DNA of 64,000 nucleotides from Octopus sinensis (GCF_006345805.1 NC_042998.1:33294001-33358000); one strand, 5' to 3'; counted from the stretch's first letter, positions 13,156-25,555 are shown. Made by a program: numbers and translations. Notes: a model not told the origin generated them from the letters alone.

Positions 13156-14094
13156 TCTGAGTTTTGTCGCTACAATACACGCCCATCCACCATGGCCAAC
13201 GAAATACTGCAAACTTCTCAATAACTTATTAATCGAATTTGTTGTCGTTCCGATTGAACTTTCGGGGTTCAGCGTGAGAATGCGTTAACATCTCGTTTTA
13301 GGCTTCTTACATTGACTGACGTTGGTTTGTACATTCATCCGTCAGATGGGGTCCACGTCAAATAACTTTCTTGTTATCTCCTCACTTCACTGTTCCAAAT
13401 TTCGTCTTCAGGAAACAGCTCAACAACTACCGCCGGTAGTTGTTGTTGACAAACAAATGGCAGTAATTTTATTCAGCTGAATACACGTCATTGATTGGTT
13501 GAAATTACCGAAATACGATTACTTTAACACGAAATAACTTCGTAAATATAAGTTTTTCTCAAAAATGCTAAGAGTAAAAGATGTTTTATATGACACATTC
13601 TACCAGTGTACGAAGTTTGAAAGTGTTTAGTTACAAAAAATTATTTTTTAAATCTGTCGGTCAAAAGGTAAAAGATTCCAAAAATCTTTCAACACAGCTT
13701 AGCAGATATCTAGGTTTTAAGCATGTTGCAATCGTTGATGGATCTGTTAATTTGAGTACCTTCATAATAATCTCCAGGACGTTATAATCCCGTATGGTAA
13801 AAAAAAAAAAAATGCAATTAAAACATTTGATTTGAATATCGCAAAATATACGTTTTCTGATTCTTTTATTATTGGTACAAATTCTTAGAAATGCTTTTTC
13901 AATAGTTTCCAGTAGAACTTTTTATCGTATAACATATGGTAGTCTCTATCTCTCTATATCTATCTGTGTTTATGTTTGCGCGGGCGCGCGTATATACATA
14001 TATATTTTTCTATGTATATATATATATATATACATACACACACACACACACGCACACATATACATATATATACATAGAAAGATATATATATGTA

Positions 14095-14133
<39 letters not shown>

Positions 14134-14930
14134 ATATATTATATATATATAGATATATATAGATATAGAAAGATATATTTATATATATATAGATAGATAT
14201 ATACATAAGTGTGTATTTATGCATGTATATATATTTATATATGTACACACTCGCACACATATGTATTTATGTATGTATGCATATGTTTCTACGTATATGC
14301 GTGTTTCCATATGTTTACATACACGATGTGTATGACAGTAGGCCGGTGCGTGTGTGTGTGTGTGTGTGCAGCTGGTGGGATGCGTTTGTACACTTTCGTA
14401 TGAGGAAAATATGTAAACTATGACATCAAATTATGCTGGAAGAAAAATGCCAAAAGTTAAATCAGAAATAGGTCGACGGAGCTGAAAAATATTTGCTTCA
14501 ACTACAGTTTTGATATAAGGAAATTAACAAATGTGTTGTAGTTGTTTTTGTTGTTGTTGCTCTTCGGGGTTTTTTTTTTATATAATTATTGGATGCAACC
14601 TGTGCTTCAAAAGCTCTTCCTGGTGTTTGCGCATAATTCATTAGAAGTAATTAATTACTATGCCTGTATGACTTAATGACTTCCTATATTGGCACAAGGT
14701 CGCTTGTTTATATGGGAAGATTATAGGCAATATACTCTCAGTGTTTACGTCACCAGACCAAAATGAATTAATGGCGAGGTCCAGTTCGGGAGATCTAGAC
14801 GCAAAGTATAAAAGGGGCGTATCTAAATACAGTTCTTATAAGAATTCCTGTCCATTCATTGCCTCCAATTTATTAAACTTATTGACGTGATAAAGAAATA
14901 TACATAGATACTTGTGCACACGCACATACA

Positions 14931-15322
14931 TCTCTCTCTATATAAAGCTGAAGTTGTCTGTGTATGGCCGGTTTGGTAGCCTTCAATTAACACTATCTCC
15001 TCCGAGACCCTGTGGTGCAAGTTGACCAAAATTGAGAGTATGATAGAAGAAGGCTTGCTCTTCATTCCGTAGAAGAAAAAATTCAAATCGGACCATGTTA
15101 ACACCAAAAATTATTTACATCAAAAATGTGCTTTTTTTCTATGAAAATCCCTACTTTTTACGATTTTTTGACTGCTGTGTCGCCATTTTTCGGTGTATTT
15201 CAACCAGAAAACTGTTCACTTAAAGAGAATAACAAGCTACACAATGCAAAATTTTTACTTTTCAAAAATTCCAATTCTAAAGGGTCGAAACAAACCCGAG
15301 CAACGCCAGGTGATACTGCTAG
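14931..15322 (+). mobile_element. Non-autonomous Helitron-like element, family A
   Basis: A|TC start, 3' hairpin CCCGAGCAACGCCAGG, CTAG|T end, no TSD. Confidence 0.85.
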
Positions 15323-15996
15323 TATACAATATACATATGCATGTTTGTATGTGCGTGCACCCCAGTTACACATACATGCATTCAAAGCACATCGTAAATC
15401 GTTTAAACGAAGTACTGTACGAGTAATAAACCATTAGACATGTATCGACCATACTGGAACCTCATCTGTTACCTTCTGTGACGAACTTGTCTCTTTCTTT
15501 CTTCTCTTCCTCGAGTAGAAAGTATTTCATGAACACCAATTAGACATAGCAGTCAGTCACTCTATATGAGATACAAAAGTATGGAGTAGAGCGAAAAACA
15601 AAACAAAATGAAAAAAAACACAGGTGTATCTAACCGAACTAATTCTGCTTAATAAGGTAACCAAAAACCTAAAGTGACCAACAATTTCATTAGGAGCAAA
15701 ATATATGTCAAATCTAGGAGCAAAATATATGTCAAATCTAGGCAGACACGGGTTCCGCAAAGTACTTCTTAACTCTTTTAAGCAAATTGCTATTCATTCA
15801 TTCAATGGGGCGAGAATGATAATTCAGTTATTTGAAATTGCAAGAAAAAGATTTTAAAAGACTGAAACAAGCATAAAATTTTTTTTTAAACGGTACAACT
15901 ACCCCAATACTATAATAATAAACATGGCCCTAAATCAAAAGACTGCATGCAGCGCCTGGCAAATCCACCGCCTCTTCTCTTACCAGCAACACCGTG

Positions 15997-16350
15997 GAGA
16001 CACAATGGCCCAGTGGTTAGGGCAGCGGATTCGCGGTCGGAGGGTCGCAGTTTCGATTCCCAGACCGGGCGTTGTGTGTGTTTATTGAGCGAAAATACCT
16101 AAAGCTCCACGAAGCTCCGTCAGGGGGGCGGTGGCGACCCCTGTTGTACTCTTTCGCTCCAACTTTCTCTCACTCTTTCTTCCTGTTTCTTTTCCCCGAC
16201 TTCCTACGCAACCGCTGAGCCTGTATGCGCATTCATCCATCCGTCGATGCTCTCGGTGTCGGGGGTTGACCTGCTTTCTCTTCTGCGGGTCTTACGAATT
16301 GCAAAGGCGCGATCTTGCGAGCTCTGGGACGAAGACCGCTACGCTCAACA
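15997..16350 (+). mobile_element. OR-type SINE, tail variant 4
   Basis: Same head; tail ..CCGTCGATGCTCTCGGTGTCGGGGGTTGACC.. shared with 37770-38165. Confidence 0.8.
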
Positions 16351-16413
16351 AACAAACCAGCAACACTAGAGAACAGAAAGTAAAACTATCACTTTCGGAT
16401 ATAGTATAACGAA

Positions 16414-16620
16414 ACTGAAAATGAAAATCGTTCTATTTTATCTTGTTGTTCGGCAATTTCCGTAAAAGCTTTATGTACGCGTATTTATGTTATTTGTGTG
16501 TGTGTGCGCGCGACCTCGTCTTTCACTGTTCAGCTGAGACAAGAAATTAAAGAAATAGAAATTATCTACGGAAGTTGCCGAACAAATAGATAAACCAGAA
16601 CGATTTTCATTTTCGTTTTT
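16414..16620. mobile_element. ~205-bp MITE-like inverted repeat
   Basis: ~55-bp arms GAAAATGAAAATCGTTCT..TTGTTCGGCAA.TTCCGTA and its complement. Confidence 0.6.
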
Positions 16621-17049
16621 GTAAAACCATCTCCGATGGAAAGCCAACAGTATAAAGCGTGATACATGCCGATACAACGAAGGACAAAATACACTGGAAG
16701 TCACCGACTCTGCAGCATTCACAACATACAAATAATATACAGTGAAATCTAAACAACATACAAAAGTATTTAGTCTATCATGGATTATGTCACCCCAATC
16801 TCTTTGCAACAAACTGCAATAAACTAAAATTATCTGAAAACTATATTATGAATCATCACAGCCTCGTGTACAAAGCACCTACACAGCGAGATAAATATAC
16901 TAAAAACGAATGACAGATTCCTACTGCAACAAACCGCACTTCTCATATTTCATGAAAATCTCCAAACACTTAGATGTATAAACAACAGTCTAGAACACTT
17001 CTACATCAGCCTTTTAAAAGAAAATAGCTTCTCTACTTTTTTCCTTTGA

Positions 17050-17410
17050 CAGGAGACCCTCTTCGGTCATGAATGACCATGGGATTGCACCTAGAAAGTT
17101 ATCCTCCGAGGCACAAGTCCGGGCAAGGTTGTTTATGGAAGACCAGAAGTCGCTCATGCATACCAGCCTCCCCTCTCCACACCACTGATGTTATCCAAGG
17201 GAAATGCAAAGGGGCCGATACAGCTTGGCACCAATGATGTCACAATTTATTTCTACAGCTGAGTTGACTGGAACAACGTGAAATAAAGTGTCTTGCTCAA
17301 GAACACAACACAACACACAGTCCGGTCCGGGAATCGAACTCACAACCTAACCACTGACGCTCTAACCACTGAGCCATGCGCCTTCACATCTGAGCCATGC
17401 ACCTTCATAG
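17050..17410 (-). mobile_element. tRNA-head SINE with RTE-like tail
   Basis: Same family as 26572-26910. Confidence 0.75.
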
Positions 17411-17689
17411 ATATATACGCCCTCAGGAATAGCTACAGCACCACGAGCTATCAATAAATCAGGGGAACAAGGGACATGTCCCTGTTTGCCTTTGTTGTGA
17501 CCACTTCCAGAATCTAGAGGTGTACAGAAAACAAAAATAAATAAATAAATGAAGGAACGGGCAAGATAAGTGGAAAAGGGCTCCACGTACAGACTTCCCC
17601 GGTGCACCCGTACGATTTCGTCACTACATGTTGGAGCATGCGGTTTGGTCAGCATGGTCTGTATGGCCCCCGGGCGAGGCGAAGATATT

Positions 17690-18210
17690 CATTTATTCTT
17701 TTAATTGTTGCAGTCATATTGAGTGCGGCCATGCTGGAGCACCGCCTTTTAGTCGAACAAATCGACCACAGGACTTACTCTTTCTAAGCCTGGTACTTAT
17801 TTCTATCGGTCTTTTTATGCCGAACCGCTAAGTTACGGGGTGTAAACACACCAATATCGGTTGTCAAGCGATGGTGAGGGGACAAACGCAGATACACACA
17901 AATACATACATACATATATATATTTATACACACACACACACGCACGCAGACACGCGCACATGCACACACACACACACGGACCCATACACATATGTATACA
18001 CACACATATACACGTTCCCACTCCGTCTATGCACACATGCTTACACATACACACACACAAACACACACACAGAGTTAATACCACACCCACCCACACACCA
18101 TACACGTACACACACAGTTACCACCAGACGCACACACGCTACCATACAGACACAGACACTCAGTTACTGCCACACGCACACACTACCATACATACACACA
18201 CTAGCACACA

Positions 18211-18245
<35 letters not shown>

Positions 18246-18260
18246 CACACACACATACCA
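17690..18260 (-). mobile_element. CORE-type SINE tail plus long CA-rich microsatellite
   Basis: Tail 17690-17890 then ~370-bp (CA/TA) compound tract. Confidence 0.7.
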
Positions 18261-18406
18261 GAACGATTTTTAATGTGAAAATGACCATTTTCACATTCTC
18301 CTGTCCCATCTTCCCTCCATTTCTTCTACTTCAGGTCGCCTCAGAAATGTAACCACACGTGCCTTGGCGATTTTTTTCCTCATTCGTCATGAACTTTCTT
18401 GTTTTT

Positions 18407-18445
18407 CTCGTTTCCGAAGAAGAGCTATGCTCGAAACGTAAAACT
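18407..18445 (+). ncRNA. Candidate minimal hammerhead ribozyme (Penelope pLTR type), second family
   Basis: GTTT-CCGAAGA-A-GAGC/TAT/GCTC-GAAACGTA-AAAC: stem I 4 bp, stem II 4 bp, palindromic ACGT stem III; U4 is C. Confidence 0.55.
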
Positions 18446-18543
18446 GCTACTTTTTCCCCTCTGTGAACGTCTTATTAATACATTGCTTTTGCCACGTCCA
18501 CACGTTTGTTAGCTTTTTCCTTTTCTGTGATTTCTTAATTGAT

Positions 18544-18608
<65 letters not shown>

Positions 18609-18675
18609 GTGTGTATACACACACACACAATTAAGATTCAGTTAAATTAGGTACTTATTAGGTACTCCGTGTGTT

Positions 18676-18707
<32 letters not shown>

Positions 18708-21468
18708 ATTTGGCTCAAAAGCAAATAGCAAGGCCATGTAGGGGGACATGGAGTTAAGTACAGGGTGGTGTTCATGTAAAGAGTTCAGGCCACTTGAGGT
18801 CCAGGGAGGCTTTGAACAAAGCGGTCGTCGGCATCTTCACCATCTCGTCTGGCAGCTTGTTCCACGGATCCGCAACCCGGACGGAGAAAGCTCCTCTCCT
18901 TCGATTGAGATGAAATCGTCGCAGGTAGAGCTTTTCGGAATGACCCCGCAGCCGACGCTCTGGAGCAGAAGTGAAGAACAGCTCTTTCGAGAGGTTACAC
19001 TTCCCGCTTATGATGTTGTGGGCGAGAATGAGATCACCACGGCGGCGGCGTGTTTCAAGAGAATAAAGGTCGAGCGTCCTCAGCCTTTCTTCGTAGGACA
19101 AATTTTTGAGACCATGAACCATGCGGGTAGCCAGCCTCTGGACTCTTTCGAGGTGCTGTATGTCTTTGAGGAGATAAGGAGAAGAGGCTTGAATCCCATA
19201 CTCCAATATGGGTCTCACCAGCGTGACATAGAGTGGCAGGAATATGGCTGCTGTGAGCATTCCGAATGACCGCCGAATCAAAAACAGAATTCCGCGCGCT
19301 TTGTTGGCAGCATGGACGCACTGGGCCGAAGGCGAAAAGGAGGAATCCACCAAGATACCCAGGTCCTTTACCTGATCGGTCCTCTCCAGCAGCAGACGAC
19401 CCGGCTCGAAATCAAGTTGAGTTGCAGGAGTAGAGCCGACAGGCAGATGACAGCACTTTGACACGTTCAGACACAGGTCCCAATCGTTAGACCACTTCCA
19501 AATTTGGTGGAGGCATCGACGAAGATCCTCTATACTACCGCGAGGAGCGACCAGTTTGATATCGTCGGCAAATAGAAGGGTGTGTTGCGTGAGGTCGTCG
19601 GGCAAGTCATTTATGAAGACTAAGAACAACAAGGGCCCAAGCACTGAACCTTGAGGCACGCCACTGCTCGCACTGGAGACGTCGGACCGCGAACCATTAA
19701 CTTGAACTTGGAAGGAGCGATCTGAGAGGAAGGCACCAACCCATCGTACAATATCCGGATGGAAACTATATGCTTGAAGCTTGACAAGTAGTAGGCGGTG
19801 GTTTACCGAGTCAAAAGCTTTGGCAAAGTCCAATAAAACGATGTCAACAGCATCACTATCATCGAGGATGCGCGTCACCAATTCTTCCATTACTAGTAAG
19901 TTGGTCAAGCATGATCTCTTCGGCACGAAGCCGTGTTGGGAATCAGTGATCGAGGCTGTGTTTAGGAGGTGGAGCATCATACTTTTCTTAAGGATGGTTT
20001 CGAACATCTTGCTGATTATTGATGTAAGGGAAACCGGTCGGTAGTTAAGCGGGTCTTCGCGGCTCCCTTTCTTGAAAATTGGGCAGATTATCGCTGTTCT
20101 CCAGTCTGCAGGTATAACACCCGTCGCCAATGACATATTGAATAGTCGTGTTAAGGGCTCGCAGATGACCGGAGCCAACGCTTTGATAACCCGTGGGTGT
20201 ATGCCGTCAGGGCCGTGACCCTTGTTGACATCGAGGCCTTGAATAACACGTTTGACTTGGTCCCGCGTGATGATCAATCGAAGCATTGGAGGTACCGATC
20301 TATCAAATGGAGGGGGTTCACGACCATCATCTTGTTTGAAAATAGTTGAAAAAGCCTCGGCAAATAACTGACTCTGTTGATAAGGGTCCTCAATCGATAC
20401 GCCTGTTGAGTCTACCAACGTTGCAATCTGGTTGTTCAAGCGGGAATTCCGCTGGACATGGGCAAAGAAGGTTTTTGGATTGCTACTGGCATTTGCCGCG
20501 ATTTTGTATTCATAACTGAAGCGTTCTTTCTTTTCAATTTTCACGGCTCGGTCTCGTTGAGTTTTGTACACCTCAAAAGCTGCAGTCGAATCCAGATTTT
20601 TGAATTCAGCCCAAGCAATATCTCTGAGTCGACGTTCTCGTTTAACCTTCTTCGTCACCCAGGGCTTGTGTTTCTTCCTCTTGGGAAGTCCAACGGGAAC
20701 TGCCTGGTCAGTCAAACAGATTACATATGCTTTGAGGGATGACCATAGTTCGTCAACTGAGGACAACGTCATCAGGGAACGCCAGTCCAGAAGCGCGGAA
20801 GCCTCGGTTAGAATTTCAAGATTAATTGCAGAGAAGACTCTACGTGGCAGCGAAGTAATCGTGGGCGTGGAAAAAGTTGTGTGCATGACGAACTTCAGGA
20901 CCGCATGATCACTCTTGGCAAGAGGGGCGCACACAGATACGTCTGACACTGATCTTGGATAGCGGGAGAATACCAGATCTAGCATAGATGGCTGCTGCCC
21001 AGACCGATGCCTTGTCGGATATTCAACATGTTGCGAGAGAAAACAATCTTCAGCCACGTCAAGAAGGGCCTGGCCGAACCGGGAAGATGTTGTACAAATT
21101 GATGCGGGCCAATCGATCGTGGGAGCGTTGAAGTCGCCTAGTACCAAGCAGTCATGCGAAGCTGAAACGAATCTTATCGCCTCGAGTAGATGAGCATCGT
21201 CCTGGGGGTCGGCTAGAGGCGGCCTGTAGACAGCCAACACGGGCAGGCAAAACTCAGATAGGCTCAGCTTGCAATATACGGCATCGAATTTGGTTGTAGG
21301 TTGAGCATTTGTGGGTAGAATACCGCAGGACGGTTTGTGTTCAGACTTAACATACACAGCAACACCTCCACCTCGCCTTTTTCCTCTGTCACATCTGAAA
21401 AGGACGTAGCCCTGCAGGTGGATCTCTGAGTCCTTTACTGCTGGAGTCAGCCAAGTCTTGGTGATAGC
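18676..21468 (-). mobile_element. Young CR1-clade LINE, slightly 5'-truncated, (TAAC)n tail
   Basis: Uninterrupted ORF2, ~65-bp 3' UTR, (GTTA)n at 18676-18707; visibly more GC-rich than flanks. Confidence 0.95.
18772..21468 (-). CDS. LINE ORF2 (APE endonuclease + reverse transcriptase), open for 898 codons, lacking the N-terminal start
   Basis: Frame extends 37 codons upstream of the 861-aa ORF call (AITKTWL..GYVLFRCDR..RGGGVAVYV); VYRPP, GDFNAP, SDH, HGPDGIHP, DFAKAFDSV, GVPQGSVLGP, FADD, RGHSEKL. Confidence 0.9.
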   Translation of the reverse strand, partial: AITKTWLTPAVKDSEIHLQGYVLFRCDRGKRRGGGVAVYVKSEHKPSCGILPTNAQPTTKFDAVYCKLSLSEFCLPVLAVYRPPLADPQDDAHLLEAIRFVSASHDCLVLGDFNAPTIDWPASICTTSSRFGQALLDVAEDCFLSQHVEYPTRHRSGQQPSMLDLVFSRYPRSVSDVSVCAPLAKSDHAVLKFVMHTTFSTPTITSLPRRVFSAINLEILTEASALLDWRSLMTLSSVDELWSSLKAYVICLTDQAVPVGLPKRKKHKPWVTKKVKRERRLRDIAWAEFKNLDSTAAFEVYKTQRDRAVKIEKKERFSYEYKIAANASSNPKTFFAHVQRNSRLNNQIATLVDSTGVSIEDPYQQSQLFAEAFSTIFKQDDGREPPPFDRSVPPMLRLIITRDQVKRVIQGLDVNKGHGPDGIHPRVIKALAPVICEPLTRLFNMSLATGVIPADWRTAIICPIFKKGSREDPLNYRPVSLTSIISKMFETILKKSMMLHLLNTASITDSQHGFVPKRSCLTNLLVMEELVTRILDDSDAVDIVLLDFAKAFDSVNHRLLLVKLQAYSFHPDIVRWVGAFLSDRSFQVQVNGSRSDVSSASSGVPQGSVLGPLLFLVFINDLPDDLTQHTLLFADDIKLVAPRGSIEDLRRCLHQIWKWSNDWDLCLNVSKCCHLPVGSTPATQLDFEPGRLLLERTDQVKDLGILVDSSFSPSAQCVHAANKARGILFLIRRSFGMLTAAIFLPLYVTLVRPILEYGIQASSPYLLKDIQHLERVQRLATRMVHGLKNLSYEERLRTLDLYSLETRRRRGDLILAHNIISGKCNLSKELFFTSAPERRLRGHSEKLYLRRFHLNRRRGAFSVRVADPWNKLPDEMVKMPTTALFKASLDLKWPELFT

Positions 21469-22309
21469 TCACTACTATGCTCTTCGTACCAATTCGTAAC
21501 CACATCAGAGGTGTGTATTGGACCATTGTCATCTTGGAAGCTGCACTCACCATCAGGGAATAATATCTGGACCAGGGGAAGGACCTCATTTCTCAAAATA
21601 TTCAGATAATCATTGCTGTTGATCTTACCATGCAGCAAACCATCACAAATGCTGCCCAAACTATCACAGACCCTCCTTCATGCTTCACTCTAGGAAGAAG
21701 GCAGTCAGAAAAGCTTCCCCGGGTTGTCTCCAAACATAAACATGCCCTGCAGTGGAGAAAAGAGAAAAAAACGGACTCGCCGGAGAATATTATATGCTTC
21801 CATTGGTCTGTCGATCAGACCTTGTGATCAGTACGCTAGTTTAGCCTTTTCTGAATGTTTTGATGAGAAAGCAGAGGTATCCTGGTGGCGGCTCTTCCAT
21901 GATATCCGGCTGTATTGAGTTCACGGCGAACAGTTTTGGTTGAAATTGGGCTAGTTAGATGTTGATTCAACTCTGCTGTCACTTTAGGGGCAGTTGTCCG
22001 CTGATGATCTTTCATCACAAAGCGATTCAACACTTGTCTGTCCCTTTCAGTGGGCTTCGAAGTCCTGCTAGGCTTACTCCTCCTGCTGGAGATTTTGCCC
22101 GTTTTCGAACTCATTGAGGTCACGCATCTTAATTTGTGCTACGATCTGAAAAAGAGATAGAAATAATCATCAAATTAGATAAATAAAACAATCTACAATA
22201 CAAAAAAAAAATCTCTCACTATGAAATTTTGGTGGGCATTCGTAATATTACTCATTGAAATATTGGAGTTAAATTTCTTCTGTTCCAATTATTTTGTCCA
22301 ACCCCTGTA
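21469..22309 (-). mobile_element. Tc1-like DNA transposon relic (5' TIR to mid catalytic domain)
   Basis: TIR TACAGGGGTTGGACAAAATAATTGGAACA at 22280-22309; peptides TTAPKVTAELN..STKTVRREL..GYHGRAA, FQDDNGPIHTS..WYEEH. Confidence 0.9.
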
Positions 22310-24025
22310 TATACTACGAGCTTCTTTCACTTTCTGTCTACCAAATCCACTTTAGACGCCTGAAGCTATAGTAGAAGACACTTGCTCAAGGTGTCACGCA
22401 GTGGGACTGAACCTATAACCATGTGGTTGGAAAGCAGTAGGTACACCGTATTTCGCTCTGCAACCACTATATACTACCAAATATATTGAAGGCTTATATG
22501 TCAATACTATGTCCCTTTTCGTGTTAGCATATACACCCATTGCCTATTTTTCTATCTTCGATCGCATTGTTTACAAAGAGGTATTCGTATATGGAACTTA
22601 GTAACTTTCAGTGCTGGCTCTAAATTCTATAGAAATCCAATAGAGATAAATTTTAAAAGAAGAAATGGATTGTTTATTTTGTTATAGTTTCCCAAGTGTT
22701 AACAGCATAAATGACATAAAATGACTTCAAACAAGATTTGAAACTGCTTCGAGTTTCGACATACAAAAAACTGCTTTCTTCCCGTATGCAACTCCCCATA
22801 AAAATAAAATAAAAAAACTGTTTTTGTTACATGTTGTTGGATGTAGTTGTTTCGAAGTGAAGCTAAAATTGTAACGCACTTTTTTTTCCAGTCATGTAGC
22901 TTTCTACTATTTATACAAGTGTTATTTATAATAAAGTTTGGAGCATTTGTTTTCCTTCTCCCCATTCTTTCGTTTTTTTTCTTCTTCTATTTTATCATCT
23001 TGCGGTGATTCCAAAACCTCCAGAATTGCGTTGGTTGGTAACCTATTTGCGGATTGCCAGACAGGAATAAAATGCCTATTTTAAAATAAGGTTTTGAAAT
23101 CTCCTAAATCTTATCTTGAATGGTGCTTAAAAAAACCGGAATAAGACATTTTCTGAAAAATAGAGATTAAATCAGAAGTTTTATAGCATCGACATTTGTT
23201 TTGATTAAGTGTTTGGGTACTGGTAGTTGTTGGTGTGGTTCGTTTTGTGCTCTTCTTGTAAGCTGTGGTCGTGGCAGAGGTGGTAGTGGTGGAGTGGTGC
23301 TAAGACTGACGTTGTCTTTAAAGCTCTTAGGCGTGCTCGTGTTAGTAGTGACTTATAAAGGAAATGGTTGTAGTGTAGATACAATGCTGTAGTTATTGGG
23401 ATCGGTATGTTTCATAATAATGGTAGTGTTCGTAGAGTTTGGGCGGCTATTCAAATTGCCAACTAGTTAAAGATATAGTAATATCAAAATTTAGTAATCC
23501 TTAAGCTTGTGATACTAATCTTAAAGAAATCCATAATACACATAGAAATCGTTGAAAAATGGCTGTTCTAACGAAAATCTTTAAAATTTTGAATTCGGAA
23601 TATTTCTGTTGCAATATAGAAACACGTAAATATCTAATTTTCAGGAAAAGTATATTTCCTGATTTCTGCAATTATAAATATAACTTTGCACGTATTTGGT
23701 AGGAAAGTATTTCGGCAGCTTTTGTGTGTGTGTTTCTGTCTTTCGTTAGAAGTGTTAGATTATTTTGTGTTGATATTTGACAAGAAGAATTACAAGAATA
23801 GTTTGTTCTCTTGACCGAATTAGGCCGAAGAATTAAATAAATGTACACGATAAGCAATATATTTCACTTTCTCTCGCCACAAGTTATTGTTCGTCTCTAC
23901 TAAACATATAATATTTATTGGTAGTGTTTAAACGAATATAAACTTGATACGTTAAACCCAACAATGTCATCATTCTGAAGGGACTCTCCATATCATTGTT
24001 AAACATTTTTATTTATTTTTTTTTT

Positions 24026-24060
<35 letters not shown>

Positions 24061-24812
24061 TAAGTGAGAGACAAGTAGAAAAAAGCTATTTTCAGCTTGC
24101 AATGTCTCGTCGGATATCGATTTCCGAGCAACTCTTAAAACTTAAATGTTGGGCTCAAATATTCTTTTTTTACTCTAGGCACAAGGCCCGAAATTTTGTG
24201 GGAGAAGCCTGTCGATTAGATCGACCCCCATAACGCAACTGATACTTAATTTATCGACCCCGAAAGGATGAAAGGCAAAGTCGACCTCGGCGGAATTTGA
24301 ACCCAGAACATAAAGACAGATGATATACCGCTAAGCATTGCGTCCGGCGTGCTAACGTTTCTGCCAGCTCGTCACCTTGTTAGGCTCAAATATTGTAATG
24401 AATGTTTTCGACTTTGGATTTCTTTATACATTTTTCGTTGCCCCACTGGTGCTGTCCAGCATGGCCGCAGCCAAACGACCAAAACAAGTAAAGGAATATA
24501 TGTATAAGTGTATATTTAATAAAGGATATAAATGTATATCTTTAAAGAATGGTAAAGGTTTCTTGTCTAATTGTTGTTATATGGGATATACTAATGTAAG
24601 TAAAAGGAAAGTGAAAGAAATAATTAGTTTTATATTTAAGAGATGAGGAATTATGTACATTATTTACATTTGACGGATATTTGTCCTCATCTTGTTTGTT
24701 GTTAACACAAAGTTTCGGCTGATATACCCTCCAGCCTTCATCAGGTGTCTTGGGGAAATTTCGAATCTGGGTTCTCATTCCTAAGGTATTTTTCGATGTT
24801 ATTATTATTATT

Positions 24813-25367
24813 GAGTGAGAGAGCAGTTCATGCCATCAAAGTGACACTGGGGTAAAATATACGAAGCCCAATATACCCATCATGACTACCCGTCTGATAA
24901 AGGTACACCAGGCACATGCATCACAACCATATGTGCGCGACATGGTGATCTCATATCAAGATAAACAGCACATGACCTTGCAGGTGGGGCCCAGTTTGAA
25001 TTTTCTTCAGGTTGAGTAGCCCATCCCGCTCAAACGGTCCCCGAATAAGGATTGTTTAAGGATGTTGAAAGAACCACCCATGTTTCCAGAGGTGAACTAT
25101 TCAAACCCCAAAGCATCCCTCTCAACACATGGCTATGATGCTCCCCCACTACTTCTGCTCGTGATCAGAGATGCACATATCGTCAGCCACTAAGGGACAT
25201 GCTCAACTGGTTAAGGTCAAACAACTGACAAGCAAATCTGTGGTATTGAGCAGAATATTTGCTGTAGCCCATCTTTTATACCAAGACAAAACAATGTACA
25301 TGATAACACTTCCAATCAGTTAAGATCAGAAGCCATGAGAGCCACTGCCTGGTACTGCATCAGGGCA

Positions 25368-25368
<1 letters not shown>
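24813..25368 (-). mobile_element. Unclassified 556-bp non-coding element inserted in an (AAT)n tract
   Basis: Complex sequence interrupting the (ATT)n spacer of palindrome A; absent from loci B-D. Confidence 0.7.
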
Positions 25369-25420
<52 letters not shown>

Positions 25421-25509
25421 TCACTGCCTGGAATCGAACTCAGAATCTTGGGGTTAGTAGCCCGCGCTCTTAACCACTACGCCATATGCCCGTGGGCATA
25501 TTTCTCCAA

Positions 25510-25555
25510 GACACCTGATGAAGGCTGGAGGGTATATCAGCCGAAACGTTGTGTT
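25510..25555 (+). ncRNA. Minimal type-I hammerhead ribozyme, intact core
   Basis: GACAC-CTGATGA-A-GGCTG/GAGGGTATAT/CAGCC-GAAAC-GTT|GTGTT. Confidence 0.8.

Noticed and set aside
15690-15742. 24-bp direct duplication (and another at ~1180-1210)
   Set aside because: Ordinary slippage duplications.
18748-19269. 173-aa + strand ORF
   Set aside because: Antisense shadow of the LINE ORF2.
25420-25495. tRNA gene (also SINE heads at 1543, 16005, 26830, 45630)
   Set aside because: A/B boxes are present, but I could not build a proper acceptor stem and the anticodon loop varies between copies; these are SINE-type heads.
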